DNA of 64,000 bases from an uncultured Zetaproteobacteria bacterium (GCA_964553725.1 CAZKME010000001.1:9168-73167), one strand, 5' to 3'; positions 9,873 to 20,707 are shown, counted from the stretch's first letter. Program-made: numbers and translations. The notes: generated by a model not told the origin, from the letters alone.

Positions 9873-9973
9873 CCCAAACGCTTCATGAATAGCGCCTCAC
9901 CCCGCTTCGCGGCACCCAATCCGGGCATAACAAAATGAAGGCGCAATGATTCTCGGTTCGGCAGTCCGGGTTA
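9870..9973. repeat. Degenerate palindromic element, family A-like
   Basis: Ends TAACCCAAACGCTTCATGAAT and CAGTCCGGGTTA, inner GCGCCTCA/TGAAGGCGC stem and CCGC-TTC-GCGG hairpin. Confidence 0.45.
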
Positions 9974-9982
9974 AATCACGCT

Positions 9983-11122
9983 ATGGGTGATAAACCCGCC
10001 AGCATTGATGCTTGGCTGGCTGAACTGGGCAAGCCATCCGCCGACCGCGATTATCAACCCGGTCACGCACGCATGTTACAGTTGCTTACCGGACTGGATT
10101 GCCACAGGCCGAAACTGCGTATTCGCATTGCAGGCACCAACGGCAAAGGTTCAACGGCAACCATGCTGGCTTCCTCCCTGCAATCGGCGGGGTTTAAGGT
10201 TGGGCTTTACACCTCGCCGCATATTCTCGAATTTAATGAACGTATTCGCATCAACGGGATTGCTGTTGAGAATGCTTCCCTGCTGGCCAGTCTGGAGCGC
10301 ATCATGCCGCTGGCGCGTACAGCGGGCGCATCTTATTTTGAAACTGCCACCGCACTGGCGCTGGATCAGTTCAGCCGGGCGAGGGTTGACGTGGAAGTGC
10401 TGGAAGCAGGCGTCGGTGCCCGACTCGATGCAACCACAGCCATAGCGGCGGATATGGCGCTCATTACGCCCATTGCACTGGATCATCAGAACTGGCTGGG
10501 CGAATCCATCGCAGAAATTGCCTCCGAAAAAGCCTATGTCATGCAGGGCTGCCGCTTCAGTATTAGCGCGCCGCAAGCTGACACAATCGCCTCAGCCTTA
10601 CGCACTTTTAACCCGGCAGTTCATTTTTGTTCAGTGGGTGAATCATGGAACAGGCTGGCGACCCCCGGCCTGCATCAGCACATCAATGCGTCACTGGCAT
10701 GGGCGGCAATGCAATCACTCAAGCCTGATTTTCCAGACATGGATTTGCACATGGCGCGGCAGGCGATCTCAAATTGCGTTGTGCCGGGGCGTTTGCAACA
10801 TTGTCATATTGGCCATGCTGATGTCTGGCTGGATGCTGCCCATAATCGCCATGCCATCGAAGCGCTGTTGCCATCGCTCAAGCAGCTGGCCGACCCGTTC
10901 GATGCCATGCTGGTGTTTACACGCCAAGACCGCTGTCTTGATGATGTTCTGCCATTACTGGAGCCATATGCAAAACGGGTCATCAGCAATCATGCCAATG
11001 CTTCATTATCGGCAGCGGCGGTACTGCAAGATGAAATCGACCGGCAGGCAGACGGGAAATTTCTGGTGCTCGGCTCATTCACCACCGTTGCCGCCATCCT
11101 GCGCGCAATACAGCCGGGCTAA
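9983..11122 (+). CDS. folC: Folylpolyglutamate synthase / dihydrofolate synthase
   Basis: IAGTNGKGST, YTSPH, ERIRING, LEAGVGARLDAT, LDAAHN. Confidence 0.93.
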   Translation: MGDKPASIDAWLAELGKPSADRDYQPGHARMLQLLTGLDCHRPKLRIRIAGTNGKGSTATMLASSLQSAGFKVGLYTSPHILEFNERIRINGIAVENASLLASLERIMPLARTAGASYFETATALALDQFSRARVDVEVLEAGVGARLDATTAIAADMALITPIALDHQNWLGESIAEIASEKAYVMQGCRFSISAPQADTIASALRTFNPAVHFCSVGESWNRLATPGLHQHINASLAWAAMQSLKPDFPDMDLHMARQAISNCVVPGRLQHCHIGHADVWLDAAHNRHAIEALLPSLKQLADPFDAMLVFTRQDRCLDDVLPLLEPYAKRVISNHANASLSAAAVLQDEIDRQADGKFLVLGSFTTVAAILRAIQPG

Positions 11123-12189
11123 ATCTGAACCGGCACGCGACGAGCGCCAAAGGCCGATGTAAACGGGCCGAAGCGACCGGGAATATGATTGCCGCAGATG
11201 CGACAATCGCCATCGTCGGATAAGCGATATTCCAGAATTTCATACCAGTCGCGCACAATGACACTGGTGCGACATACAGGGCACAGCGTTGTTCCACCAG
11301 AACTATCGTGCACATTACCGGTATAGATGTAATGTAATCCGGCTTTCAGGCCGATAGCGCGGGCGCGGCTTAATGTTGCGGCGGGGGTCGCCGGTAAATC
11401 GGTCATTTTCCAGTCGGGATGAAAGGCGGTGAAGTGTAGCGGCACGTCCGGCCCCAAGTGTTCTGCAATCCAGTCGCACATGACAGTCAGTTCAGCATCG
11501 CTGTCGTTCTTGCCCGGAATCAATAAGGTGGTGATTTCAAACCAGACATCCGTTTCATGCTTCAGATATATCAATGTATCGAGCACAGGCTGCAACTGAC
11601 CAGCGCATAATTTATAGTAGAAATCATCCGTAAATGCTTTCAAATCCACATTGGCCGCATCCATGTGTTCAAAGAATTCGCAGCGCGCTGCAGCATGGAT
11701 ATATCCGGCCGTTACGGCCACCGTTTTGATGCCCAGCGCATGGCAGGCGCGCGCCGTATCGACGGCATATTCGAGAAAAATGACCGGATCGTTGTAGGTG
11801 AAAGATACGCTTTTACAGCCGTGATCGAGCGCCGCCTGGGCAATCTGTTCCGGCTCGGCCTGATTGCATAAACGGTCGAACTGGCGCGATTTGGAGATAT
11901 CCCAGTTCTGGCAGAATTTACAGGCCAGATTACAGCCGGCGGTGCCGAACGACAATACACTGGAACCGGGATAAAAATGATTGCAGGGTTTCTTCTCAAT
12001 CGGATCGATACAAAAACCGGATGAGCGACCATAAGTGGTGAGTACCATCTGCTCGCCTTCACGTTTGCGGACAAAACACAGGCCTCGCTGCCCGTCATGC
12101 AACTTGCAATCGCGCGGACAAACATCGCACTGAATCCGCCCGTCATCGAGCCGATGCCAGTAGCGAGCCGGGAAATGCGCATCGGCCAT
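11119..12189 (-). CDS. amrS: AmmeMemoRadiSam system radical SAM enzyme (likely start MADAHF at 12189)
   Basis: N-terminal CDVCPRDC...C, DPIEKKP, radical SAM motif CNLACKFC, TYNDP; adjacent to amrA and amrB. Confidence 0.93.
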   Translation of the reverse strand: MADAHFPARYWHRLDDGRIQCDVCPRDCKLHDGQRGLCFVRKREGEQMVLTTYGRSSGFCIDPIEKKPCNHFYPGSSVLSFGTAGCNLACKFCQNWDISKSRQFDRLCNQAEPEQIAQAALDHGCKSVSFTYNDPVIFLEYAVDTARACHALGIKTVAVTAGYIHAAARCEFFEHMDAANVDLKAFTDDFYYKLCAGQLQPVLDTLIYLKHETDVWFEITTLLIPGKNDSDAELTVMCDWIAEHLGPDVPLHFTAFHPDWKMTDLPATPAATLSRARAIGLKAGLHYIYTGNVHDSSGGTTLCPVCRTSVIVRDWYEILEYRLSDDGDCRICGNHIPGRFGPFTSAFGARRVPVQI

Positions 12190-12191
12190 GT

Positions 12192-12746
12192 TTACGCGCC
12201 CTTCTCCGCTTGCCGATATTTTTCGACCTGATAGGTGAACAGGCGAATATCTGCATGCCAGAAACCGGCTGGCAGCCCCGCTTTCAGTTTCAGGTGGGCC
12301 ATGAACTGCACCGGTTCGGGCAACTGCTGCCATACCTGCGGCAGGAAGGTTCCCCGCTTCGAGCCGTATTCGAGCACAACCCCATCCATGCCCGGCCTGA
12401 GTTTTGCGCAAGCATCAAGCTCATCGCCAACGGGCAACGCTTGTATGGTGCTCAGCAGCGAAACTTCGATACGCAACGATGCCAGTTCTTCGGCTGTCAG
12501 CGGCGCAAAACGCGGATCGTGAAATGCCGCAGCCACGGCATTGGCCTGTACGTCATCAATCAGCGGGCGGTGTGCTTCCAGCGTGCCGATACAGCCGCGC
12601 AGTACGCCGTTTTTGCTCAGCGTGACAAACGTGGCAGCCTGTTCACGCAGCCCGTTGGCATTCACATCTTCCACCTCAATGCCAAGGCGGGTTTCAATCG
12701 CTTGTCGCGCCAGTGCAATCAAAACAGGGCCTTGATGCATACTCAT
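12192..12746 (-). CDS. amrA: AmmeMemoRadiSam system protein A (AMMECR1 family)
   Basis: ATFVTL, LRGCIG, DPRF, TFLPQVW, LKLKAG. Confidence 0.95.
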   Translation of the reverse strand: MSMHQGPVLIALARQAIETRLGIEVEDVNANGLREQAATFVTLSKNGVLRGCIGTLEAHRPLIDDVQANAVAAAFHDPRFAPLTAEELASLRIEVSLLSTIQALPVGDELDACAKLRPGMDGVVLEYGSKRGTFLPQVWQQLPEPVQFMAHLKLKAGLPAGFWHADIRLFTYQVEKYRQAEKGA

Positions 12747-13549
12747 GCCGATTCCTCCTCAAAAAATGCGATGGAAGCGTAACCGACCACACGCTGCATA
12801 TCACCCGCCGTATCGCCGGAATTGCGATAATCCAGCAATGTTGCAGTCAGGCCATGTTGCCGGGCCACATTCAGCAGGGCATTGATGCCCGTCGCGCCGC
12901 ATGCCTGTTCATGGTTTAACGGAGATTGCATCCGCAACACGGTTTCAATGCTGCGCCTATCCAGCGCCCTGGCTTCCCCGTAGGTGTGAAAATGGGACAG
13001 GTCGGAACTGATAACAAACAACGTTTGCGGATCACCCCACAGGCTTTCGATAACCCGTGCCACGGCGTCCGCTTGCACTGAGCCAATACATAAGGGTAGA
13101 AGTGAAAAGTCCTCAAGAACCATTTGCAGGAATGGCAGTTGAACCTCCAGTGAATGCTCCTGTGCATGGGCGGCATCATTCACCTGCACATCAGGCCATG
13201 TCAGCACCCTTTGCATGGCTGCTGTATCCAGCGCAACCTCGCCCAACGGCGTTGCGAACGCATGATCGCCGGGCACAGCCATGCCGTAGAACGGAACGCG
13301 GTGTGCCGGGCCGAGCAGAACAACGCGTTGAATATCTGATGCTTTCAGGCTGGCATAGGCATAGGCCGCCGTCAGGCCGGAATATATATAACCGGCATGC
13401 GGAACAATGATGGCTTTGGGGGTCGGCAGCGATTCAGATAACGGTGCTAAAGCATCATGCAGCGCGCCACGAATACATGCGCGCAGTTTACGGGCGTCGG
13501 CCGGATAAAACAGGTCAGCAACAGCGGCAGGGCGGATAGACATTGTCAC
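12743..13549 (-). CDS. amrB: AmmeMemoRadiSam system protein B (MEMO1 family)
   Basis: RPAAVA..FYP, PHAGYIYSG, EHSLEVQLPFLQ, SSDLSH, NSGD, VVGY. Confidence 0.95.
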   Translation of the reverse strand: MTMSIRPAAVADLFYPADARKLRACIRGALHDALAPLSESLPTPKAIIVPHAGYIYSGLTAAYAYASLKASDIQRVVLLGPAHRVPFYGMAVPGDHAFATPLGEVALDTAAMQRVLTWPDVQVNDAAHAQEHSLEVQLPFLQMVLEDFSLLPLCIGSVQADAVARVIESLWGDPQTLFVISSDLSHFHTYGEARALDRRSIETVLRMQSPLNHEQACGATGINALLNVARQHGLTATLLDYRNSGDTAGDMQRVVGYASIAFFEEESA

Positions 13550-13606
13550 CTCCGTGCATTGGGTATATGCAAAAACAGCAGTTCAGGCTTGCCAATGGAA
13601 CAACCA

Positions 13607-14599
13607 TTATCTGCGCACCGCGCCTTGGTCTGACCCATGTGCAAGGGTTCTGTGACGTGATTTGTGGGTAAAGGGAAGGGCTTGCCGCTGCCTGGGATCA
13701 AGCCATAAGCCCAGCAGATCAGCCAGCAGATTGGCCAAAACATAGAACAGCGCTATCATCAGCACGCAACCCTGCACCAGCGGGTAATCGCGGCGCTGGA
13801 TGGCCTCGATGGTCAACAGGCCGAGACCGGGCCAGTCGAATACGGTTTCGGTAATCACCGCCCCGCCCAGCACTGCGCCCAGTTGCAGGGCGAACATGGT
13901 AATAACCGGCACTGCGGCCAGTCGTGCTGCGTGGCGCCACCAGATGACGCGCTCCGAAACGCCAAAAGCGCGCGCCGTGCGTGTGGCGTCCATGCTCATG
14001 GCTTCTAACCATGATGAACGCGTCATACGAGAAAGCACTGCCGCCAGCGCCGTGCCCAGTGTAATCGCGGGCAACACGATCGAACCCGGCTGGCCCATGC
14101 CGGAAACAGGCAACCAGCCCAGCCCCACGGCAAAGATGAGCATTAGCACCGGCCCCAGCCAGAAATTGGGAATAGAGATACCGATTAATGAAAAGCCCAT
14201 GGCTGCCACGTCCTGAGATTTACCAGCATGCCGGGCCGCCCAGTAACCCAGCGGCAGCGCCAGCAGTACGGCCAGCAGCAGGCTTGCCAATGCCAGTTCG
14301 GCAGTGGCCGGTACGCGTTCCAGTATGCGTTGCAGAACGGAGCGGTGATCAATCAGACTTGCGCCCCAGTCTCCCGAGCTTAAACCGGTAAGATAATGAC
14401 CGTATTGAACAAGTATCGGTTGATCCAGATGCAGCGCCAACCGTAGTGCCTGGCGATCTGCCGGCATGGCTGTTTCGCCCAGCAGCGCATCAACCGGATC
14501 GCCCGGCACCAGGTGCAACAGAAAGAACACCAGCGTCGCTACGCCCAGCAGGGTGGGGATGGCCTGCAATACCCTGATCAAAACAATGCGTCCGAACAC
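13607..14599 (-). CDS. Peptide/nickel ABC transporter permease (DppB/OppB-like)
   Basis: VPGDP, PATAELA, SIPNFWLG, EAA loop TARAFG, ETVFDWPGLG, RDYPLVQG, LDPR. Confidence 0.92.
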   Translation of the reverse strand: MFGRIVLIRVLQAIPTLLGVATLVFFLLHLVPGDPVDALLGETAMPADRQALRLALHLDQPILVQYGHYLTGLSSGDWGASLIDHRSVLQRILERVPATAELALASLLLAVLLALPLGYWAARHAGKSQDVAAMGFSLIGISIPNFWLGPVLMLIFAVGLGWLPVSGMGQPGSIVLPAITLGTALAAVLSRMTRSSWLEAMSMDATRTARAFGVSERVIWWRHAARLAAVPVITMFALQLGAVLGGAVITETVFDWPGLGLLTIEAIQRRDYPLVQGCVLMIALFYVLANLLADLLGLWLDPRQRQALPFTHKSRHRTLAHGSDQGAVRR

Positions 14600-14676
14600 C
14601 CGGACAGACTAGCCCCGGCCATGCATGAATTCTACCGCGCTTGCCTTCATGCTGCGGTGCGGACATCCTTTCGAGC

Positions 14677-15384
14677 ATGCCAACAGCACAACATTTTGAT
14701 ACTGAAGAAATTGCCAAATTCGAAGCTATGGCCGAAGAGTGGTGGGATACCACCGGCAAATTCAAACCCTTGCATAAAATCAATCCGCTTCGGCTCGATT
14801 ATATTGCCCGACATGTTCCATTCAGTGGTGCCAGTATTCTGGATGTCGGTTGTGGCGGCGGTTTACTGGCCGAAAATATGGCGGCGCGGGGTGCAACCGT
14901 GACGGGTATTGACCGCTCCCCCAGGGCGCTCGGCGTGGCGCGCTTGCATAGCGAGCAATCCGGCGTGGCCGTTGAATATGTCGAAAATGATGCCGAAAAC
15001 TGGGCCGAGACCCATGTGCAAAACTATGATGCGGTCACCTGTCTGGAGGTGCTGGAGCATGTGCCGGATGTACCGCGTACAGTGGCTGCCTGCGCCGCCA
15101 TGATCAAACCCGGCGGGCATTTCTTTTTTGCGACGCTGAACCGCAATCCGGTATCGTATATCAAGGCTATTCTGGGGGCGGAATATATCCTCGGCTGGCT
15201 GCCCAAAGGCACGCACGAATATGCCCGATTCATCAAACCATCGGAAATGCACGGTGCATTGCGTCTTGCCGGTCTGGAAATGAAAGATGTCAAAGGCATG
15301 AGCTATGCCATGATGACCGATCACTTTTCGTTGACTGACGATCTGTCTGTCAATTATCTCGGCTTCGCTATCAAACCGGCTTAG
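14677..15384 (+). CDS. ubiG: Ubiquinone biosynthesis O-methyltransferase
   Basis: EIAKFEAMAEEWWD, KPLHKINPLRL, LDVGCGGG, LEVLEHVPD, AEYILGWLPKGTH. Confidence 0.97.
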   Translation: MPTAQHFDTEEIAKFEAMAEEWWDTTGKFKPLHKINPLRLDYIARHVPFSGASILDVGCGGGLLAENMAARGATVTGIDRSPRALGVARLHSEQSGVAVEYVENDAENWAETHVQNYDAVTCLEVLEHVPDVPRTVAACAAMIKPGGHFFFATLNRNPVSYIKAILGAEYILGWLPKGTHEYARFIKPSEMHGALRLAGLEMKDVKGMSYAMMTDHFSLTDDLSVNYLGFAIKPA

Positions 15385-15435
15385 CCCTGCACTTTACCCG
15401 CAAGTCGAACCACAGCGAATCGTCCGGCGATCATA

Positions 15436-17589
15436 GTGGACGCATCCAAATTGCAGGATAGCTTGCCTCACATGCCGCGACCATATCGTTTTTTTATTGC
15501 TGCCGTGAATCTGATGTTGCTGTTGATGATCATACCGCCTGCATTTGCTGCTGCGGTGGATATTAACGCCGACGAGATCAGTCGAACCGCCGATGGCGTG
15601 GTGATTGCGCGTGGCCATGTCATTATCAAACGCCAGTTCGATACGCTGACCGCCGATCAGGTGACATACCGAACCAATGAACATGTGCTGGAAGCCAAAG
15701 GCCATGTCATTATCAAATCTGACAAGGCAATCATTCACGCAGAACAGGCTATCATGCACACCGGCAGTAAAACCGGCAATATGCGCAAGGCCGTCATTAT
15801 ACTGCCCAGCGGCGAACGACTAACGGCTGAGCGGGTAAAACGCATCGACGATCAAACCTTTGAAGCCGAAGAACTGACCTTTTCATCCTGCCCGATTGAT
15901 CAGGAATCATGGCGTATTGCAGCCAAACATGCCGTGCTGGATGGGCAGAACGGGGTTCTGACTGCAACGCACAGCCGTTTTGAACTGTGGGGTGTTCCGG
16001 TGTTGTATTCGCCGTGGTGGCAGCAGCCGCTGAAAAGAAAATCCGGCCTGCTGACGCCGAGTATCGGCAGTGGCAAACGGCGTGGCACGGAGGTGGCGCT
16101 ACCATACTATTTTGCCCCGTCCGCCAACTGGGACGCTACATTGACACCGCACTGGATGAGCGCACGCGGTTTTTTTGGCGAGGGCGAACTGCGCCATATT
16201 TCCGCATTCGGCAAAGAGTCGATCAGTGTGGCTGGTATTAACGACACAGTCACAGGCAGCATTCGCAACCGTTTGCAGGGTAATATGCACTGGCGATTGC
16301 CTGCCGATATGCGTTTCAAAGTCGAGGCAGATCATGTCAGCGATCATGATTATCTGGCTGATTATGCAACTGGCGATGAAATCAGTTCGATCTATCTGCA
16401 AAGTCTGGCCACGTTATCGCAATCGCTACAGTTTGATTCAAAACAATATGGCGCACTGCAAGGAAACTGGCTGATTCAGGCGGCCCACCGACAGGATATG
16501 CTTTTGACCAGCAATGCAACGACATTACAGATTTTGCCGCGCTTGCAAAGCAAACTTCAGTGGACGTTATCCCCTCATGCTATTTTCCATTTTGACCAGC
16601 AAAGCACCCGTTTTGATCGGCGTAGCGGGGTCGATGGATGGCGGGTCAATCTGCACCCTTATGTTGAAATTCCGTGGCAACTGGCCGGCGGCGGAGTCTC
16701 CGCCATCCTGACCGGAGGGGCGCAACATACGCGTTACTGGTTAAAGCAGAATACAGGCCTGGCCAATAGCACGTCAAATCGCACAACAGGTGAAGCAAGC
16801 CTGCAAATACGCTCCGATTTTGAACGCCTTGGCAGTGATCGCAGATGGCGGCATGTGATTTCCCCCATTGCCCGCTATGATTATATTGACGCGCCCAACC
16901 AGGCCGCACTGCCGAATTTTGACTCGGCTTTCGGATTGCTGACCTGGAGTAATTTGCTCTCCGGCAGCCGTTTCTCCGGTTATGACCGTATTGAAAAAAC
17001 CAGTCGTATCAGCCTGTTGCTGGAAAGTCGCCTGCAATTTAAGGCTTCAGGTACAAGTGCGGCCCGTGAAATGCTGATTGTCCGGGCTGGCGGCACCTAC
17101 GATCTGCTCAGAAAAAGTATAGACAATGCCCTGCAGACAGCCCCGACGCGCCCGTTTTCCAACCTGCTCGGCGAATTGATTTGGCAACCTTTTGATGACA
17201 TGCGTTTTTACAGCAGCGGCCAGTACAATCCGGCGGATCGCTACTGGGCAACGATCGCATCGTCTGTCGACTGGGCTGTTTCACCGGGCAATCGTGTGCG
17301 TGCCGGTTATCAGTTCACTGATGCCCGTTATGCTACGCCGGCCCAGTTGGTTGATATCAGCGCCAGCACCAGTTTGAATACGCGTTGGCAGGCCAACGGA
17401 CGCTGGCAATATGATCTGGCGCTTAAGCTGTCGCAGCAAGTGGCCATCGGCCTGCAATATAATCATGCCTGCTGGAAACTGGGCGTGGAAGGATATCGCA
17501 ACAATCGCCGTAGCGGCACCAGCACTGCGGCCAATTTCGGTTTCCGTCTATTGCTCGAATTCAAGGGGCTGGGTAGCGTTGGTTCCTGA
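15436..17589 (+). CDS. lptD: LPS-assembly protein LptD (start may be 15472)
   Basis: OstA-like N-terminus, FSSCP...W, RKSGLL.P, PYYF..AP..DAT, PNFDS, RFSGYDRI; upstream of surA-pdxA. Confidence 0.92.
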   Translation: MDASKLQDSLPHMPRPYRFFIAAVNLMLLLMIIPPAFAAAVDINADEISRTADGVVIARGHVIIKRQFDTLTADQVTYRTNEHVLEAKGHVIIKSDKAIIHAEQAIMHTGSKTGNMRKAVIILPSGERLTAERVKRIDDQTFEAEELTFSSCPIDQESWRIAAKHAVLDGQNGVLTATHSRFELWGVPVLYSPWWQQPLKRKSGLLTPSIGSGKRRGTEVALPYYFAPSANWDATLTPHWMSARGFFGEGELRHISAFGKESISVAGINDTVTGSIRNRLQGNMHWRLPADMRFKVEADHVSDHDYLADYATGDEISSIYLQSLATLSQSLQFDSKQYGALQGNWLIQAAHRQDMLLTSNATTLQILPRLQSKLQWTLSPHAIFHFDQQSTRFDRRSGVDGWRVNLHPYVEIPWQLAGGGVSAILTGGAQHTRYWLKQNTGLANSTSNRTTGEASLQIRSDFERLGSDRRWRHVISPIARYDYIDAPNQAALPNFDSAFGLLTWSNLLSGSRFSGYDRIEKTSRISLLLESRLQFKASGTSAAREMLIVRAGGTYDLLRKSIDNALQTAPTRPFSNLLGELIWQPFDDMRFYSSGQYNPADRYWATIASSVDWAVSPGNRVRAGYQFTDARYATPAQLVDISASTSLNTRWQANGRWQYDLALKLSQQVAIGLQYNHACWKLGVEGYRNNRRSGTSTAANFGFRLLLEFKGLGSVGS

Positions 17590-17667
17590 ATATAACTTGG
17601 TTTTTCGGATCATTCCGGTAAAACGCCATAACAACGACACTCTCATATTTTCGCCATTGGAGACTTC

Positions 17668-19047
17668 ATGCACTTCCCCATTTTGCTAACTGCTTTGCTG
17701 CTGCTTACCCTGCCGGCCAGAACTGAACCACTCGACAGTATTGCCGCCATCGTCAATAACGAAGCCATCACCTGCTATGATGTCCAGCAGGATACAAAAA
17801 ACATACTTTTGCAGTTGCGCCAATCCGGTTCGACTTTTGTGCCATCCACAGCCATTATTAACCAGCGCTCGCTGGATGCACACGTCGTCAAGATTCTGCA
17901 ATTACAGAAAGCCAGAAAACTGGGCTTGAAAATCGGTTCGGAAGAGCTGGATAATGCCGTCGAAAAACTGGCCGCCAGAAGCAACCTGGTACCCAGCCAG
18001 CTGAAAGAAGCGATGCAACAGCAGGGTATGGACTATGGACAATTCGAAGACAATCTGAAAGACCAGTTGCTGATCAGTAAATTGATCAATATTGCCGTGC
18101 GCAGCAAACTACAAGTCTCCGAAGAATCGATTCAGGAATACTACAGAAAATATCTCGCCGTGCCCAAATCCCGCCGAGAAGTGCAACTGGCTCAGATATT
18201 TCTCGCCCTGCCTGGCGAGCCTTCGCCCGAATTACTGACACGTGTGCGCAACAAAGTGCGTAACATTCACAAACAGCTGGTCGATGGTAAGGACTTTGCC
18301 CAATTGGTCGCTATTTATTCGGAGTCACCTGATCGGCAACAGCAGGGCGTCATGGGCTGGTTTACCAAAGGTTCCATTACGCAGCGCTTCGATCCGGCCC
18401 TCGAACTGCCGGTTAATGGTATCACGGAACCGGTTCGTTCACCTTCAGGCTTTCATATTCTCAAGGTATTGAATGAACGCTGGCTGGAACCGGAAGCAAC
18501 CGGCGAAAGTTATGATGAAGCGCATGCGCGGCATATTCTGCTGCAAATACCGACAACGGCGGATGAGGAAACCCGCGCCAAAATTCGCCGCCGAGCGGAG
18601 GATATTGCCAACGAAATGGCGGATGCCAGTGACGAGGCTTTTGCAACCAGGGCCAAAGAAGCATCGCAGGGGCCCAGCGCCAGTAGGGGCGGCGATTTGG
18701 GCTGGTTCAGAAAAGGGGCGATGGTGCCGGAGTTTGAAAAGGCCGTGTTTTCCATGCAGGCAGGCGCAACCAGCGGCGTTGTTAAAACCAAGTTCGGCTT
18801 GCATATTATTCGCCTGATCGCCAAACGGCATGTCGATCCCAATTCGCTGCAAGCCAATCGCGACAAAATCACCCAGATCCTGACCAATGTGGAAATGCAG
18901 GAGCAGGTGCCCCGCTGGATTGCCAGCTTGCGTGCTGATGCGAAATTAAGATATGAGGCCTGCCCTGATGCAAACGGCGGCGCATCAAAACATGCTACAT
19001 CCGGCTGGAACATAATCCGGGAAATGACCGCTGTTTCCGGCGCGTAA
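17668..19047 (+). CDS. surA: Periplasmic chaperone/PPIase SurA
   Basis: DSIAAIVNNEAIT N-domain and two parvulin domains (HARHIL, GGDLGWF, GLHII). Confidence 0.92.
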   Translation: MHFPILLTALLLLTLPARTEPLDSIAAIVNNEAITCYDVQQDTKNILLQLRQSGSTFVPSTAIINQRSLDAHVVKILQLQKARKLGLKIGSEELDNAVEKLAARSNLVPSQLKEAMQQQGMDYGQFEDNLKDQLLISKLINIAVRSKLQVSEESIQEYYRKYLAVPKSRREVQLAQIFLALPGEPSPELLTRVRNKVRNIHKQLVDGKDFAQLVAIYSESPDRQQQGVMGWFTKGSITQRFDPALELPVNGITEPVRSPSGFHILKVLNERWLEPEATGESYDEAHARHILLQIPTTADEETRAKIRRRAEDIANEMADASDEAFATRAKEASQGPSASRGGDLGWFRKGAMVPEFEKAVFSMQAGATSGVVKTKFGLHIIRLIAKRHVDPNSLQANRDKITQILTNVEMQEQVPRWIASLRADAKLRYEACPDANGGASKHATSGWNIIREMTAVSGA

Positions 19048-19094
19048 GATGCGCTTGCCATCGTTTGCGTGTATGACAACCTCGGTATGAATCA

Positions 19095-20114
19095 ATGAAG
19101 CCGCTTATCATCACTGCCGGAGAACCGGCAGGCATCGGCCCGGACTGCATCCTGCGCGCCTGTGCAAGTCAACCGGAAATTCTCAAACACAGCTTGATTG
19201 CAGCGCCGGCAAACTGGCTGCAAGAGCGCGCCGCCCGAATTGAAATCAACCTGCCGATACACGAATATGGCGACCTTGATGAAGCAAGCAGGGCTGTCCC
19301 GAATTCTGGATCTTTGTGCTGCTGGAATCCCTTAGACTCGCAGGCAATAGAGCCGGTCACCGCAGGCAAGCCTGCTCCGCAAACTGCGGCAGCCGTGGTG
19401 CGTTGCATCGAAGCGGCTGCACAGGCATGCCTTTGCGGAAAAGCGGTTGCCATGATCACCGGGCCGATTGAAAAAGCAGTACTGCGCAGTGCGGGTTTCG
19501 CATTTCCCGGTCATACCGAGTTTCTGGCCCACCTTGCAGCTCAGGCCGATAGCGAAACGCAATCACATTTTGTGATGATGCTCGCTTCCGAACAAATTCG
19601 CGTTGCCCTGCTGACCACGCATATGGCTTTGCGCGATGTTCCTGATGCGCTTAGCGTGGGTCAAACACTGCAATGCCTGCGTATTGTCGCGCATGATTTG
19701 CATACCCGTTTCGGCATCGAATCGCCGCGACTGGCTTTATGCGCCCTGAATCCGCATGCCGGTGAGCAGGGGCATTTTGGCCGTGAAGAAATCGATATTC
19801 TGGCCCCGGCTGCCGCTCTGGCGCGTGAACAGGGCATCCGGGTCACAGATCCGATGTCTGCGGATACGGTGTTTTCAGCCGCCATCCGTCAACACTACGA
19901 TGCGATGGTATGTTGTTACCATGATCAGGCTCTGATTCCAATCAAGGCGCTGAGTTTCGGGGAAGCGGTAAATGTAACGCTGGGCTTGCCGTTTATCCGC
20001 ACCAGCGTCGATCATGGCACTGCGCTTGACCGGGTCGGTCAATCCAGCGTATCCTGCTCTAGTCTATTGGCCGCTATCGCTATGGCGCAACAGATGAGCG
20101 GGCAGATCAAATAG
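19095..20114 (+). CDS. pdxA: 4-hydroxythreonine-4-phosphate dehydrogenase
   Basis: GEPAGIGP, GHTEFL, LNPHAGE, YHDQ, RTSVDHGTA. Confidence 0.96.
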   Translation: MKPLIITAGEPAGIGPDCILRACASQPEILKHSLIAAPANWLQERAARIEINLPIHEYGDLDEASRAVPNSGSLCCWNPLDSQAIEPVTAGKPAPQTAAAVVRCIEAAAQACLCGKAVAMITGPIEKAVLRSAGFAFPGHTEFLAHLAAQADSETQSHFVMMLASEQIRVALLTTHMALRDVPDALSVGQTLQCLRIVAHDLHTRFGIESPRLALCALNPHAGEQGHFGREEIDILAPAAALAREQGIRVTDPMSADTVFSAAIRQHYDAMVCCYHDQALIPIKALSFGEAVNVTLGLPFIRTSVDHGTALDRVGQSSVSCSSLLAAIAMAQQMSGQIK

Positions 20115-20132
20115 AAACCGGCAGGAGGTAGC

Positions 20133-20705
20133 ATGCAGATCAATCAGCTTGCCGGTCAAATCTTGCTGGCATCCCCTTCATTGCAGGATCCCGTATTCAG
20201 GGATGCGGTCATACTGATTTGCCATCATGATGATGAAGGTTGCATGGGCCTGATTATCAATCGACCAAGGGACATTGCTATCGATGACGTGCTGGATGAT
20301 CTGGGCATTGATATGGCTGATTCAGATATGGATGCCTCAGGGCTAAAGCCAGCTGTATTTGAAGGCGGCCCGGTGGATGATTTCAGGGGTTTTGTGCTGC
20401 ACGATGGCTGGCATATCTACGAATCAACCATGCAGATTACGCCGGAAATACACCTGACCGCATCGCGCGATGTGCTGGAGGATCTGGGACGCGGCGACGG
20501 GCCCGAGCATTATATGTTGATCCTCGGTTACGCCGGCTGGCATGCCGGGCAACTGGAAAGCGAGTTATCAAGCAACGACTGGCTTATTGCACCGGCCAGC
20601 AACCATATTATTTTTCAGGAGCCGCCTGACAGCCGCTGGGATTTCGGTGCGCGCTGTATGGGTATTGAACGCAGTCAGTTATCCGATCAAATCGGGCATG
20701 CGTAG
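20133..20705 (+). CDS. yqgE: YqgE/AlgH family protein
   Basis: GLIINRP, EGGPV, LGYAGW..GQLE.E...NDW, GHA C-terminus. Confidence 0.93.
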   Translation: MQINQLAGQILLASPSLQDPVFRDAVILICHHDDEGCMGLIINRPRDIAIDDVLDDLGIDMADSDMDASGLKPAVFEGGPVDDFRGFVLHDGWHIYESTMQITPEIHLTASRDVLEDLGRGDGPEHYMLILGYAGWHAGQLESELSSNDWLIAPASNHIIFQEPPDSRWDFGARCMGIERSQLSDQIGHA

Positions 20706-20707
20706 GA

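Noticed and set aside
12190-12411. 74-aa N-terminal extension of the radical SAM ORF
   Set aside because: Overlaps amrA in another frame; the likely start is 12189
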